Source: Nemertoderma westbladi
Lineage: Eukaryota; Animalia; Xenacoelomorpha
Reading direction: 5' to 3'
Assembly: GCA_032718475.1 (NCBI GenBank)
Contig: JAUCBJ010001607.1
Location: 1 to 63,524, forward strand
Length of the DNA: 63,524 bases
Both the position numbers and the translations under genes were made by a program. Of this stretch, positions 45,423-59,084 are shown piece by piece (position 1 is the first letter of the stretch; each line of letters opens with the position of its first letter). A model generated the notes under the pieces. That model was given only the letters and a program-made list of their open reading frames with translations, ran no database searches and was not told where the DNA came from.

Positions 45423-48400
45423 ATTTATCAATTGAATTTACAGAGATTCTGGTGATTATGGATGAGGCCTGCTATTATTTATGTATTATAGGCTATACTG
45501 TATCAGTAAATTGAAATATGTAATGGACCTACCACTAGTCAGACGGTCTGACCTGACAGTACTAATCCATTAGGGTATCATGGATGTTAAAATAACAATT
45601 TTTTAAAAACTGATTTGTTTTTTGATATAAAAGACCATAAAAGAATATTAAAAGACCATGAAAGAACATTTATAACTGTATAGGGGCCTAATGTATTTAG
45701 TATCAAATGTTAGCTAAATATAATTGATTCTGTTAATGGGGTGAATCCTGTATCAAATACAGACATAAAGAGGTTTTGAGTTAAATTTATTATTATTATT
45801 ACAGCCCTCCCAGCCAAAAAAATCAAGAAAAAAAAGGAAAAAAGGATTTTATATGTTCAAAAAAAAAGGAAAAAAAGGATAGGATGCAGTTTAAAAAAAG
45901 GAAAAAAGATAGGATGCAGTTCAAAAAAAAGGAAAAAAGGATCGGATACGGTTCAAAAAAATGGAAAAACTGAATAGATATTATCTTTACAAAAGTAATA
46001 GTAAACATTATGTCTTTAGTGCTGTTTCTTGATTCTATTTCATTAACGTTACTGTTTATACTATGAAGAATCCCATTAAGAAACGTCACTGTTTTAAATG
46101 ACAGGAAGATATCAAAGAAAGTTAAAAAATATAAACACGCAGGAAAGAGAACAAAGATCAATGGCAATATAAATAATATTAATTATAGTTAATGTATTAA
46201 TATTATTATACAGATATTTTCACCGTTTTTTGCCTAGTTATAAGAGATAGTTGAGTTCGGCCGATTGATGGTCATTGATAGAGGTTTATCAAACGCTTGT
46301 AAATATAACTTTAGTTTGAAGGTGATATAAAACCTTTGGTATGGATTTGGCTACATTTATATAAATAACAAAAAGGCTTTTAGACGCAATTAAAGTTCAA
46401 CCATCTCCGGGGGAAAACGGATGCAAATAACAGCTGATAACGAGCAAAAATGAAACTGTAACAGTGTTATATGCTTTGTTTTATTGTTTTGGTTAGAATA
46501 GACTGCCACTGCAACCTGTTCCTTTCCCTAAATTGAAAATCTTCATTGTTCATTCACAAAGGCGGGTTTTGCGTCAATTATAATAAATCACACGCTAAAA
46601 ATGTAGCTGCGGAGAGAACTTTAATGTACATATTTTCTGAGACAGCCTCTGTCTCAGAAATAAATATATTAAAGTTCTCTCCACAGCTACATTTTTATGG
46701 TAGCTTAGCTTGTGATTTTTTGTTTTTGTTTTTGTCTGATTTCAGCTTATCTGCCAATGATTGCTTGGATCTAATGGTTTCCATTGGTACCGGTACCGTT
46801 AAGTATGATTGCAGATACTTGTCCCGTACATTGTTATATTAGTTTAGTACCAAGCCAAGGACTACTATACTGATAGTCAGACAGTGGTACAGTACCGGTA
46901 ATTGATTAGACTGCAAGACCTGTCCAGCTGTCTCCGCGATGCCTTGTACTGAATAGAATATGTTACACTTACAGCAGGCTATTTTCTGAACTAAAAAAAA
47001 GGAAAAAAAGGAGTGAAAATGGACAAAAAAAAAAGGAAAAAAGGAAACATTTAAAAAAAAAGGAAAAGAAGGAAACGTTCTAAAAAAAGGAAAAAAAAGG
47101 AAAAAAGGAAACTCTGGGAGATTTTAACCAAAAACAATAAACTCAACTCAATAGAACTGGTTACAGTTTTATTTTTATTGCGTCCAGTCCCCCCCCCCCC
47201 CCCCCCCCTATCTGTATGGCCTTCAACATACAAATTAATGTAATTGTCGCACAACATTAAGTTATTTATTAGCAAGTCGTAAGACTTGATTTAGTAAGAA
47301 AAAAAGGCTACTGACTACTGACTTAGAGCAAAAACGACTCTTACGATTTTGATGAAATTTTGCATGAACCATGAAAATATATTTCTATAGGTATATACTT
47401 GTAAAATCGCGGTTTAAATTGAAACATCTCCACTTGTTTTATTTTGAAAAATAGCCCCACAACACGAAAATTGCCATAGACTCAATGATAGAAACAACAG
47501 CTGGTCCTGGGGTGCTCATGAAAAAGAAATGATAGAGAGGGTCGAGTAAATGAATGCTATATTGAATAGGCCCTGCAGAAAAGGTTGTGTTTACTCAAGT
47601 CACGCTATCCCAGACAGTAATCAAACATCAACTGTTACCCAGCTGATAGCTCTTCCCAGTGAATCCTATGGAATACCGGTATTCAATATCTACAAGGTTA
47701 CTCACTGTGCTGTGTTATGTGGCAGGCCAGCTGGTTGAATTTTAGTTAGACAGAATACTTATGTTGACTATCTAGTACTAAGTGTACTGAAATGTACTCT
47801 TATAATAATAATATAATTCTTGTATTTAATTAAAAATATCGTGGTCTACATTGAACAGCAGTGTAAATTGTTAATCGCGGTTTACATTGAACATTTCAAC
47901 TTCTTTTATTTACAAAAATAAGAACGAATTTATCTTTATTACTTCTTATTACTTCATTGTATTGAATTCATGACAACTGCTGTTATTATTATTAATCAAT
48001 TGACACCTCGATTCCTCTCTGACTACTCTATCCAACAGAACAAAATAATCATTTCGCTAACCGCTCTCTATATTCTACAATCACAACGGCTGTTATAATT
48101 CATTAGATGATTACAACATAATAATTATAGTTTGAAGTTGTCTAGAAAATTTCTTGTACACCACCGGGTCTACGCTTGCGCTAATTTATCAGACAAAACA
48201 AAAAGCTTTTACTTGACTCGTACTGTCTCCTAGGACTTGCTTCACGGGCCGCGAGGCCCGTTTCCTCGTTAATAAAGGAGAAGTAATGCGGCATTGTACC
48301 AAATAGACACCACCATACCAATAAACACAGCACGCCTAACTGTGATAAAGATACTTAGATAGATTAAATTTAATTATATATTACCGTCCATCATCCTATC

Positions 48401-49985
48401 CTGGCAGCCCGGTGCATAATTTAAGTGCTTTAAATATAAAAATCGCTAGTGAGGTTGAGTAGTGTTGGTTCAGAGTCCATCGCCAGCAATTTGCTGAAAA
48501 TTGTGTTCAGATAGGTAGCGCACGCCCCCCCCCCCCCCCCCCCCCCCCTATATATGTATACCTTAGCACCGAGTATGCAGGGCAAACCAGTATGAAGTAT
48601 AGTTCATCTTCACCAACTCCTTTCGCCTTTGTTAAAAAAAGGCAAATTCTTAAATTTGGATTTTCCCTTCTCCACCTGCCTTCCTCTACCCTTAGGTTGT
48701 GCGAGGAACAGCGCTGTCGAGACATTGCTACCTTTAATTGGTGATGGCCCACACAGCCACAAGGCAATTTGGAAACCTTTTGGTGCCCAACTCAATTTTT
48801 GAGTAGGCCTATAATTTGCTGTCGAAATAAAAGTAAATAATAGGCCTAAACGGTCGATATCACCCCACCACTCTTGTGTAAATTGGTCCCACAATTTTTT
48901 TTGCACGCCCAAGAAATAATTCTTCATTTTCTACCCTTTGATCTGTCCAGTGCCAGTAGTACGACAACCCAATACTATTTATTAGGTGACGCATATGGGT
49001 AACCCAATTACTATAGCCTCCAGTCTGCCAGTTTTCATGCTATCGTGTAGCATTGTTAGGTAAATTTGTTTTGTTAGTCTCTTGCTCACTTCTCAGGAAG
49101 TTTTAGAACATACGTATCCAGAATCTTAACATGAGTAATTTGCGGTGTAGGTGTAAGGGAACAGCGCCTGTATCACTGAATACCATGAAATTTGGCGTAT
49201 AATGTTTAACGGAGTAGAATGTTTAACCACAAGTGATATAAGCAAGGTGTACTTTTTCAACATCTGGCTGTCTGGGGCAGTGTGAAAACCCCAGGCCTGT
49301 GCACCGTACCTACCGTACTGTAGAATAGGAAATATTAGTGTACACTATGCGCACATTCAAACGGACACACATATATTTCTAGAATGCTCTTTATCGTCAT
49401 TGCAAAGAGCCAAATACCTTGAGAGTAGTGACAGAGATCTACCAACGGCCCTAGGGAGTTTGAGCAATTCAGAACTAACTAGTTTGTGTCATGAAATTAT
49501 CGAGGTACACAAAAAGTAATAATGTAACGAATTACGATCGGCTTAATTTCAAATTTCAATTTCAATTTAAATTTATTTCTGTCATTATCAGAAATTTGTA
49601 GTACATTTAGTATAATTAATTAAGTAGAATAAATCAGGAATACAATTATATCGTATCCAATAGAAATCGGAAATATACTTCGGTAGTACAGTATATCGTA
49701 AGTAGTATATATTTAGTATACATTTTATAATTGGTCTATCCTTTATGGTGCTTGTTGTTTATATTGTTTGTTTGAGTTTTCATCCCGGATACGACAATAA
49801 ACTAACTAACTAACTAACTACAGAAAAGTCTGTAGCGTAAACTGAAGTGAAGGTAATATAAGGGAAGGACACTAAGGAAGGACAGTATATATTTATTTAG
49901 CAGGTTTAGTGTAAACATAGCCTTATTTGCCTTTTCAGATAAATACCGGTACTTTTGGGCGTGGGAAAAGAACAGAGGTAGAATA

Positions 49986-51491
49986 AAACGTCTGTCCTTA
50001 TCTGATCTGATCTGATCTGACAGCATCTGATCCTATAACCAATCAGGAGAAAGAGATATAATATTTACCTAACTGTCTGTTAGGTAAATAGCCAATAGCT
50101 GAATAGGGGATCACGTTTCAGGTTGGTTGCCTGTTACATATGGCGGGTATGAAAGTTGTGTGATTGTCCCAGCAAAGATGGATAGTTATTTATGGATAGA
50201 TATTTATTGTTTGTTTGTTACGCTAATTAGCTAAAGGGAAGGCAGGAAGGGGTATCTCTCTAGGCCTACTGTGTTGTGTGTATATGACGAAACACTTAAC
50301 ATGCCCCATATTGCCAGCTAATACAGACGATGAAAGAATATGGGAAGGTGGATGGGAATGTGGGAATTAATAAACGCTGTTGTTACCTTCCAATTGAAGG
50401 AAAAGAGCAGGTTACAGCTGCTGTAATTTCTAACCAAAACAATAAACGACGTTGTTACCTACAAATTGAGGGAAAGGAGCAGGTTACCGAGACAGGGTTT
50501 TCTAACCAAAACAATAAACGATTTTGTTACCTACCAATTGAGAGAAAGGATAATATGTTACCGCGGCGGCTTGTTTACACCCACCTTCTTACTAACCGTC
50601 CGACTGACTGATCAATAGATCATCCCCTTAAAAAATAAAGGACATCGCGCACGCGCATAAAACACTTAATAAAGATAAATTTAATTAAAAATATCGGCCA
50701 ATAAAAAATCGAACGAAAAATGAAATCCTGGTAATCTGGTATTCTTCACATGGGCGAAAAATACCAGACTTTCTGCCGTTTTATTTCACTATGCAGTTAC
50801 CCCCATGTGAAGAATACCAGGTTTTCACCAAAAACACAGGTTACAGAAGGGCTGAATATAACCAAAACAATAAACGAATTAGTATATGTGCAGGTTATAA
50901 GACATAAATAAGCTCTATAATACACTCAATAAAGATAAATTAAAAAAGAATTAAAATCTTCTAATATAAAATTCCAATAAAAGTCGATCGAAAAGTGAAA
51001 TCCTCGTATTCTTCACATGGGCGGTATTCTTCACATGGACCGGCACCAAAATTTGACAAATTTAGTCAAATTTATTAAAAACAAATTTAAAATTTCTAGC
51101 TTATTTTATTTGAATTCCTTTTAGTTCGTTTCAGTTAGTCTTTTAGTTAGTATCGTTAGTTTCAGAGCGGGAGGTATTATATTGACCCCCCCCCCCCCCG
51201 GATTTAAGGGGAATACCGGGGAAACTTCGCATGCTGACATAAGCAGAAAGTCCAGTACTCATTTAGCTACCATTTAAGGATGCAAGGCAGAGTGCAGAGA
51301 TACCTCGCTAAACCCTTCAAAGCATTCGTGCCGAAACGAAAACTACCTTGGCCCCCATGCCGGGGTTGAATCCACAACCTCCGAGAGATGTGAATTCAAT
51401 ATTACCACTACACCAAGGTGCGCTCTGAACCAAGGTGGAACAAGTGTCAGATACCGTCAGATCAGATCAGATCAGATAAGGACAGACGTTT
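49986..51491. mobile_element. Non-autonomous TIR element, TA-flanked, inserted in the LINE
   Basis: TA|AAACGTCTGTCCTTATCTGATCTGATCTGATCTGAC ... GTCAGATCAGATCAGATCAGATAAGGACAGACGTTT|TA. Confidence 0.85.
51338..51420 (-). mobile_element. Diverged copy of the tRNA-derived SINE head found in the cassettes
   Basis: Reverse complement CACCTTGGTGTAGTGGTAATATTGAATTCACATCTC... aligns with 22232-22311; B box degenerate. Confidence 0.75.
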
Positions 51492-51684
51492 TAGCCATCC
51501 TAAAAAGAACACGTGCAGGATATCTTAATAGGCCTACCCAAATAAACGTAATAAGAGGCAGGGTTTCCACCATAGGTCCATTTTTCTGACTACGCCAAAG
51601 GGCCTCCTTTGCGAAATACCGTACAACGACCTGCGACTTGCTCAAACTTTCATACCCCAGTAATCGCAGAAACGTGCAAGAACA

Positions 51685-52106
51685 CGGTCCTACGAATTAC
51701 CCAAAAAAACACAAAATTACCCAAAAATACACAAAAAACACAAAAAAATGCAAAAAGCACATAAAATTTACCCAAAAAATCACAAAAAACACAATATTAC
51801 CCAAAAAACTTACCCAAAAAGACAAAAATAATTTATATCCTATATGGTTGGAAAAATAAGACTGTGTAACCTGTGTTCTTTGGTTATCATTTATTGTTTT
51901 GGTTAGAAAAGCCTGCTACTGTAACCTGCTCCTTTCCATTAATTAAGAAATCTGAATTTGTATGCTGTTTGGCAGTCTGGGTGGGTAGACTTACCGGTAA
52001 ACCGGTCGCAGTAGGTCATTAAAGGAATCTTCAAATGAATTTTTGGGGATTTTTGGGTAGTTTTTTTTGGGTAATATTGTGTTTTTTTGTGTAATTCGTA
52101 GGACCC
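51685..52106. mobile_element. Non-autonomous TIR element with 8-bp TSD
   Basis: CAAGAACA|CGGTCCTACGAATT...AATTCGTAGGACCC|CAAGAACA; A-rich subterminal repeats; removing it restores the LINE RT frame. Confidence 0.9.
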
Positions 52107-52434
52107 CAAGAACATCCAAAGAATGTTGTAGAGTTGGCAGACTGTTTGCCAATAAAACTACGTCGTCTACAAATAAGATTATAAACAGATGGAGAAATCC
52201 AATATTCAGGCCCTCAAAACCTCCTAAAGCAAGTTCAGCCTCAATATCATTCAAGAATTTCAGTTTTCCACCTAAATTGTTTTAGCTTATCTTTTAATTT
52301 TGACGCAATAAATCTCTTTTTAAAAAGGTTAAATTACAAACTGGAAGTTCTGACATTATGACATTCACCGAAACATTTTTCAACGAAGATACTCCTCTCC
52401 ATTTTTTTAAAATTGATGGTTACCATCTTCCAAT

Positions 52435-53228
52435 CGGTCCGACGAATCTGTACAAAAAAAGTACAAAACAGTAGGCTACAAACGAGTACAATAACGTGCA
52501 AAAATAGTACAAAAGAGTGCAAAAATAGTACAAAAGAGTACAAACGAGTGAGAAACGCATACAAAACGTAAAACGTGTAACCAGTGTAGTCCAGTAGTCT
52601 ACCTACACTATAATACACTTGTATATATAAATATAATTAATTGTACAGTTGTAAGCAAATGCAATGGGCTGACGGGACCGAAATATGCGCCGCTACAGTC
52701 TGACAGTGTCAATCACTAGCGGCCTTGGTTCTGTGGTCAGTATGAAATGATTGATAGAACTTTGATTCATGTAGATTTTGACTGGCTTACAAGTAGAAAT
52801 AGACTACAGTTCGTTTCGTATAATATAATATAATGCAATACTACAGTACTATGCAGTGGGTAGATAAAACTCCTATAACTGAGACTCAAAATTTAGGTCA
52901 TAGTCTTTCTTAAAGTAGCCCATATACTGAAGGATAGACTGTATGCTACTGTACATTATGTAGGCTATGTATGTCTGTATGTACGCCCACAATCAGACAA
53001 TGCTTTGTTTTATTTTGCACATCATGCAGTCATGTGCGCCCCTCTAAACGATTTGAGCTACACTTGGATACACGCTTTGCAAGCGTTTCTCACTCGTTTG
53101 TACTCTTTCTGTCTTTTGTACTATTTTTGTACTCTTTTGTACTATTTTTGCACTTTATTGTACTCTTTTGTATTCTTTTGTACTATATTGTACTATTTTG
53201 TATTGTTTTGTACAAATTCGTCGGACCC
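52435..53228. mobile_element. Related TIR element with GTACAAAA subterminal repeats
   Basis: CGGTCCGACGAATCTGTACAAAA ... TTTTGTACAAATTCGTCGGACCC; same terminal signature as 51685-52106; no TSD visible. Confidence 0.8.
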
Positions 53229-53269
53229 CAGGTTTGAATTTATGTAGAGTTTACTCAACATGCAGACAT

Positions 53270-53385
53270 GTGTGGCGCGGATTAAGGATCCTGGCGCGTA
53301 GATACAGGGGCGTGTGGCACGCATTAAGGATCCTGGCGCGTAGTGACAGGGGCGTGTGGTGCGCATTGAGGATCCTGGCGGTCCT
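53270..53385. repeat. 42-bp tandem repeat, about 2.7 copies
   Basis: ATT(A/G)AGGATCCTGGCG at 53281, 53323 and 53365. Confidence 0.8.
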
Positions 53386-54179
53386 GGCACGAATATGGAT
53401 GTAGGGTTAGGGTACGGTAGGACAGTAGGATGTAGCGTAGCAGTGCACTGCTGCACTGGCAAGGGCAACATATTCCACTCTACAGCTCTATTTGAAATTA
53501 TTCCATAGGTTTAAAAAGATTGAAAAATATCCGCTCGCTTCGCTCGCGTTTATACTCTGGACCTAAGTCTAATCTTAGCACTGTCTGGCTGGGGACAAAT
53601 GGAAACGGACAGATTGAGCTTGAGCATTCGACCATTATGCATTAAAAACATGACTTGTTTCAAAAGTTTTTCAATTGTCAGATTCTTCAAAACAATAAAA
53701 CCATGACAGCCTGCATGATTCAGCAGAATTTCCGTTCTCGCTACATTCGCCAGCTCACAATTTAATGACGCCTGTATTTGAAAACAGTCGGTTTGCCTAC
53801 TTTAAATGCTGAAATGTTAAAATTTTCGTGCTCGCTGCACTCGCATCTTGATCACATCTACATTTAAAAACAGTCAGTTGACGTTGACCTACTACTACTA
53901 CTACAGCAGTACAGTACTATCTCACTATTACTGTCAGATGTATTTATGTTAACATAATTGGAAAATTTCCTTGCTCGCTACGCTCGCATTTTAATGTTAA
54001 AATACTGTAGGGCTACACAGCCAGACAGCATTATAAACTGATAAATTATTACAATTCAGCAATTACTGCAAAATTTCATAGTCAATTGTTGGCTTGGCGC
54101 GCATTGGATATCATGGCTGGCGCGATTTTCGTTTAACCAGAACGCGTGTGGCGCGCTTTTTGTCAGTATTTTTGTCAGT

Positions 54180-54530
54180 TCAATTGTTCATAACCGATCA
54201 ACAGGAAATTCTAGACGTGGAGGAACCGCCATTTATGTTAGAGAATCTCTAGAGGTGTCTGAATGTGCAGAGTTCCAAATCCCTGGTCTCGAAAATTCAT
54301 GGATAGAAATTGCCCGCCCACGTTCAAAATCTCTTGTCTTGTTATTGGCACCATCTACCGCACAGACTCCGTCACGGTCACACCCACCAACTACATCACT
54401 CTACTGGACTCTACTTTAACCAAACTAACAGAAATGAACCTAAACACCATTATTACTGTATTACGGGAGATATCAACAATCAACCTTAAGGCCAATACCA
54501 CACAACTTTACCCAATCATTTCAATCCATT
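54180..54530 (+). pseudogene. APE-type endonuclease fragment of a CR1/L2-group LINE
   Basis: RRGGTAIYVRESL ... ENSWIEI ... VIGTIYR motifs across frameshifts. Confidence 0.7.
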
Positions 54531-55899
54531 ACTGATTACCGGTCAGCCGGTACCCAATCTGCCAAATCTGCCAATGGCTGAATGGAGTGGAGGCAGGGCT
54601 GCAGAGGGAAACTTGATGCATATCTCAACCTGAATGTTAAATTCACAATTTAGGGAAAGGAACAGGTTATTGTGGCACGTTATTCTAACCAAAACAATAA
54701 ACTAAAGTATATTCTATAGAACATCACCACCCCGAAATGCACCCTCATACAGCCATATTGATAATTTTATTGATGTCTGGATGTGTTGTGTTATGATTAT
54801 AAGTACTGGAGTATGACTGTATAAACATGAAGCCATAGGCTGATAGGCCTACAGGCTGACAGGTCTATAGATAGGCCTACACTGATACAAACCATTCATA
54901 CATGGCTGCATGTTGTACTGTGCAGCCGTCAGGCCGTGTATACACATTAAACCAATGGCAATGGTACTACCTACCTAACACTGTAGCAGCCTACGACCTG
55001 CTGTATTAAACTGCCAGACAGACTGCTGTACTGCTACTGTCAGACAGTAGGCCTACTGGTCCGGTACTGTAGTAAGTAAGTAAGCCTTCTGCTGTACCGT
55101 ATTGCATCACTGGTCGGCAGATAGCAGTGTAGAACAGTCAACCTGATTAGGTTGACAAATTTCTAGAGTGTCAATCTAATTTGGTTGCCATTTGAGACAT
55201 TTTACTGTAACAATCATCAAAGGATGCCGACTAAACACACCTGTCAGCCTGTCAAGGTCTCAGTGTGTGGTCTGGTCAAGTGTAAAAATGATAGACAGTT
55301 ACACTACAGTGTTAAGTTAGGCCTGTGTGTGTGCATGTGCAGATGTGGGCCTTAAAGATGTTTATGGTTGGTTGAGTTTTCCCTGTTCTGTTGATAGAGT
55401 GGCGACATTCTGATACTGAATATTTCCTATACACCCTATAATATGACATGACTAATTATGGTTGACTTGACATTATTGACAATCGAATTAAGTTAGTCTA
55501 ACAACTGAACAAACAATAGTATATTTAAAAAATTTAAATATTGCAATAGACTGATACATTAATATTAAAATCCAAAAATATACAGTAGGCCTAATCCTAA
55601 GTAATGTTTTAATTTATTTGCACATTACTGTATTAGACATTTAGACTTGTCGTAATATCGAACAACATTGAAGGAGACAATAATAAAATAAATAAAATTT
55701 TAAATACCAGTATCTGACATTAAATCGCACCGCCATACCTTCTACTATACTGCTACACCTACACCCAGATGCCCAGTATGAGTGGTAAAATGCGTCATTG
55801 GTGTTTTAGATCCTAGATCTTTTAACTTGTTATGTTATGTTATGTCATTAATAAAATGTCGACAGAACAATAATAAAAACAATTGCACATATTTATAAT

Positions 55900-56600
55900 T
55901 ATAAATACAGAAGCACATCTGGAAAAGTACGCTAGTTGTAACTCCAGAAAGACCAAAATTTTGACAGTTAACTTTGAAAGTCCTCAGCAAGTTTCTGATC
56001 GGATGAGCATAAGCTCAAAGGATGGTATGCTTGAGCATGTGGACGACTTCTGTTACCTGGGATCGGATCCGGAAGTCAGGTGAGGACCTTCGAATACGTA
56101 AGGGAAAGGCATGGGCAGCCTTGAATAGGCTTTCCAGGATTTGGAAGTCACCGAGAATTAATCGAAAACTTACGGTCCGATTATTTAGAGCAGCAGTAGT
56201 TCCAGTACTCCTGGGAGTCCATGCTGGGCTCTAACTGCTGAGGACACCAAATCTCTGGATGGCACATTCACAAGAATGCTACGCCGGGTTCATTGTGTCA
56301 AGTACAATGCACACATCTCCAACCAGACACTATATAACATTGGAGGTGTCACCCAATCTTGACACTAGAACAAAATCGCCTCCGCTTTGCAGGACATTGC
56401 TTTCGCCGTTAGGACCAGCCAGTGCATAATCTTGTACTTTGGCAGCCTCATGGAGTGAATAAGCATGGTGGACAGCCCATGACTTTCTTGAGACGCATCT
56501 TAAAGGACACTGGCCTTGAAGATGCGGATGATCTAGCAAATGTCATGGGTGATAGGGAGTTGTGGCGGCGCAATTTTGTCGACAAGCCGGCACAGCATTC
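55900..56600 (+). pseudogene. RTE-clade LINE 3' fragment
   Basis: LEHVDDFCYLGS, RKGKAWAALNRLSRIWKS, LFRAAV, SLDGTFTRMLR, RLRFAGHC, NLVLWQP, MGDRELWR across frameshifts. Confidence 0.85.
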
Positions 56601-57536
56601 TTAAAAATGCAGTTGCAATGCAGCATTCCGATCCTAGTAGTACTCTAGTCAGCGTATAGAAAGTATAAGTAAAATATATAGAAATTAGAAAGTATATATG
56701 CCAATGCCTACTGTACGTATTAGACTTCATTACTACAAGTCAAAGTTAGCTACATTATTTCCTCATTCGAATTAAAGGCAATGTAATAAGGCAAGGTGGG
56801 GTCCTTTTCTCATAATGTAATTATACTCTTCCTCTGCTCCCTTGAAAACCCAAGGCAATTGGCAAGGCAAGTAAATTTTGTATATTATAGTCTACAGAAA
56901 CAAACACACACCAACTACAGTGCCCTGGAGGCGGGGCCTCCCTATGGCTGTAAGTCTGGCTAGAGGCTACCTACAATTCAGACCTTGCTTAGCTTACAAG
57001 CACAGCTCCCATATCGCCTTACAGCCTTAGGCTGCCCATGCTGGCCATTGATAGTGAGCTGTAGTGAGAGTTAAGAATTAATTATGCCATCCCAGCCAGC
57101 CATTATTTTATAACAACATTCAACAGCACAAACACACAGGGCAAGTCAGCAATGATTTTGGATTAGACTTACATAACAATAACAGCAGCCAGGCAGCCCA
57201 GTCATAATGTCTATTGCAGGTTGCCTCAATTCAATAATACAGACTACACAAACACACTTAAAATACACGTTCGTGGGGCCTTCGCGCAGCACGAGGCCCA
57301 GTTATGAGATACAAATTAAAATTGTGCGACTGTATCACAAAATCAGGTTATGAGAGATTAACCCACACCACCAATTAATCAAAGAAAGGGGGACAGTACG
57401 TGTTCACCCCTTTTAATCTGCACCCCCCCCCCCCTCCCTTCCCACCCACCAATACATAACCGCGACATCTACCACCCACGGAAGGGTAGCACGAACTTAT
57501 TTCCAAACGCACGTTCAATATGCAAAGCCAGGTGGT

Positions 57537-57995
57537 TTATAGGAATATAATCAATGCAGTACTCGTCTTCATTATAAGCCTCTTTGCGTTCGACCTGTTT
57601 TGTATTAAAATATATTTATTAAACACAGGCTGACGCTCTTTATAATAATAATACCTAGGGATGCCAGCTTCCAGACTTTCAATCTTTACTGCCACGCAAA
57701 CCCCGCAGAGGAAGTTTTGTTTTGAGAGATCAAGCCCATCGGCAATTGGTGTTTCAATTTCGGTCCAGGAACTCTGACAATGGGAGCATTCAATCTTAGC
57801 TGTGGTCCATTCCTGTGGTTTCGGCTTCCTTTTCTTCGTCCCAATGACAGATTCTTCTGAAGACGTTCGATTCGCTTTCAGTTTATTGTTGGCGTTTGTG
57901 TTTTGAAGTTGTATTCGAGTGGACAGTCGCGCCGGTTTCGAGGTAACCATACCGACCTGTGATAAGCGTTGGTTTTGTTGAGTGCCAGTATTCAT
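57537..57995 (-). pseudogene. Possible LINE ORF1 fragment with half-PHD-like Cys motif
   Basis: IECSHCQSSW ... FLCGVC followed by a short helical stretch; the N-terminal PHD ligands are not seen. Confidence 0.35.
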
Positions 57996-58379
57996 CTTCT
58001 CTCACCTCTTCAATGTCAGATGTTGCAAATACTGATAACACGAATAACGGTATATATTTCAATACTTGTCAATAGTAATATATATAATTTAGATAACTAT
58101 TTTATATCTGTACTGTTGAGCAAACTCTACATAAATTCCAACCTGTGTATCGCCGGTAGTGCTGTTGCTGTGCAAGTGCTGAAGTGCTAGTTGCCACCGG
58201 TCAGCCGGTACCGGTAGTAGGGTGGTACCATGGCCTACTACACACAGGCCATGTCAAAGACTTTGCTGTGAAATTATCAAATATTATATTTTCCACGAAT
58301 GCAGGGTCCATATTTAAAAGAAGATGACTAGATTTTCGTAAGTAATTTAATTGAAACAGTATTTAATAATAAATAAATT

Positions 58380-58735
58380 AATTATCGCTCGAGTTCCTGC
58401 AGCTTTTATTCGTGGCAGGAATGTTTGAACGCTAATAAGTCGGTCAATCATGGATGAAATGGAACCAAACTTGGTAATGTAGTCTTTAAAAAAATTTAGA
58501 AATTCTACACACAGACAGACTTCTACAGTTCCCCGGTCTGCCGCTAGGGGGCGAATTAACAGAAACGTAAAAATAGCTGTAATTATAGAACCAACGATCA
58601 GATTCATCTGAAATTTAGTAGTAGTTACCTAAGAGCATTGCTTAATTAGAAATTCTACAGAGACTTTTACAGTTCCTGTCTGCCGCTAGTGGGGAATTGT
58701 TAGAGCTCCAGTTCAACGTGCTTAGCACGGTTTAA
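58380..58735 (+). mobile_element. CTCF-motif-bearing repeat with terminal hairpin (Helitron/Helentron-like)
   Basis: CTACAGTTCC-n5-CTGCCGCTAGGGGGCG at 58523-58553, a weaker site at 58667-58694, and hairpin CGTGCT-T-AGCACG at 58717-58729 before GTTTAAT. Confidence 0.5.
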
Positions 58736-58816
58736 TAAACAATCAATTAATTATTTTATTCAATACAGTAATTATAACAGTAAAATGCAATGTATTCTAT
58801 TTTTTAGTGAAATCAA

Positions 58817-59084
58817 GAGATAGGAGGGGGGTGGGACTGGACGCAAATCCCATCTTGGCGAATTAATATCCCGCCTCAATATTAATTTCTAAATTTTGGG
58901 AAAGGAGCAGGTTACAGTGGCACGTTATTTTAACCCAAACAATAAAGTAAACACAATAGAACAGGTTACAGTTTTATTTTTGAAAGTAATCAGCTGTTGT
59001 TATTTGCGTCCAATTTCCCCTGGAGAGGGATGAATTTTTATTGCGTCCAGTTCCCCCCCCCCCCCCCCCCCCCCCCCTCTATCT
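58817..59084. mobile_element. MITE with poly-G/poly-C TIRs
   Basis: AGATAGG(G)nACTGGACGCAA ... TTGCGTCCAGTT(C)nTCTATCT; partial relatives at about 47160-47215 and 63105-63240. Confidence 0.7.

Larger units (their letters stand above)
48552..52270 (-). pseudogene. Decayed non-LTR retrotransposon ORF2 (RT and C-terminus, RTEX/CR1-like), split by TIR insertions
   Basis: Collinear fragments ILFVDDVVLLANS..LQHSLDVL | ARFCDYWGMKV | FSHAQK..LSEKANKAMF | ILQYG.AQAWGF | MLRFWIR | RCSSHNLRVEEGRW...EDELYFILVCPAYSVLRYTYI. Confidence 0.85.

Noticed and set aside
43773-45431. Bacterial or NUMT origin of the ATP synthase alpha gene
   Set aside because: It has a mitochondrial targeting presequence and animal-type sequence, there are no neighbouring atp operon genes, and animal mtDNA does not encode alpha.
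45802-47120. Possible hAT-like element bounded by CAGCCCTCCCAG ... CTGGGAG with AAAAAAGG repeats
   Set aside because: The right end is incomplete and no TSD is found; insufficient support.
53400-53430. Telomere-like GGGTTAGGG
   Set aside because: A single copy within a small repeat, not an interstitial telomeric array.
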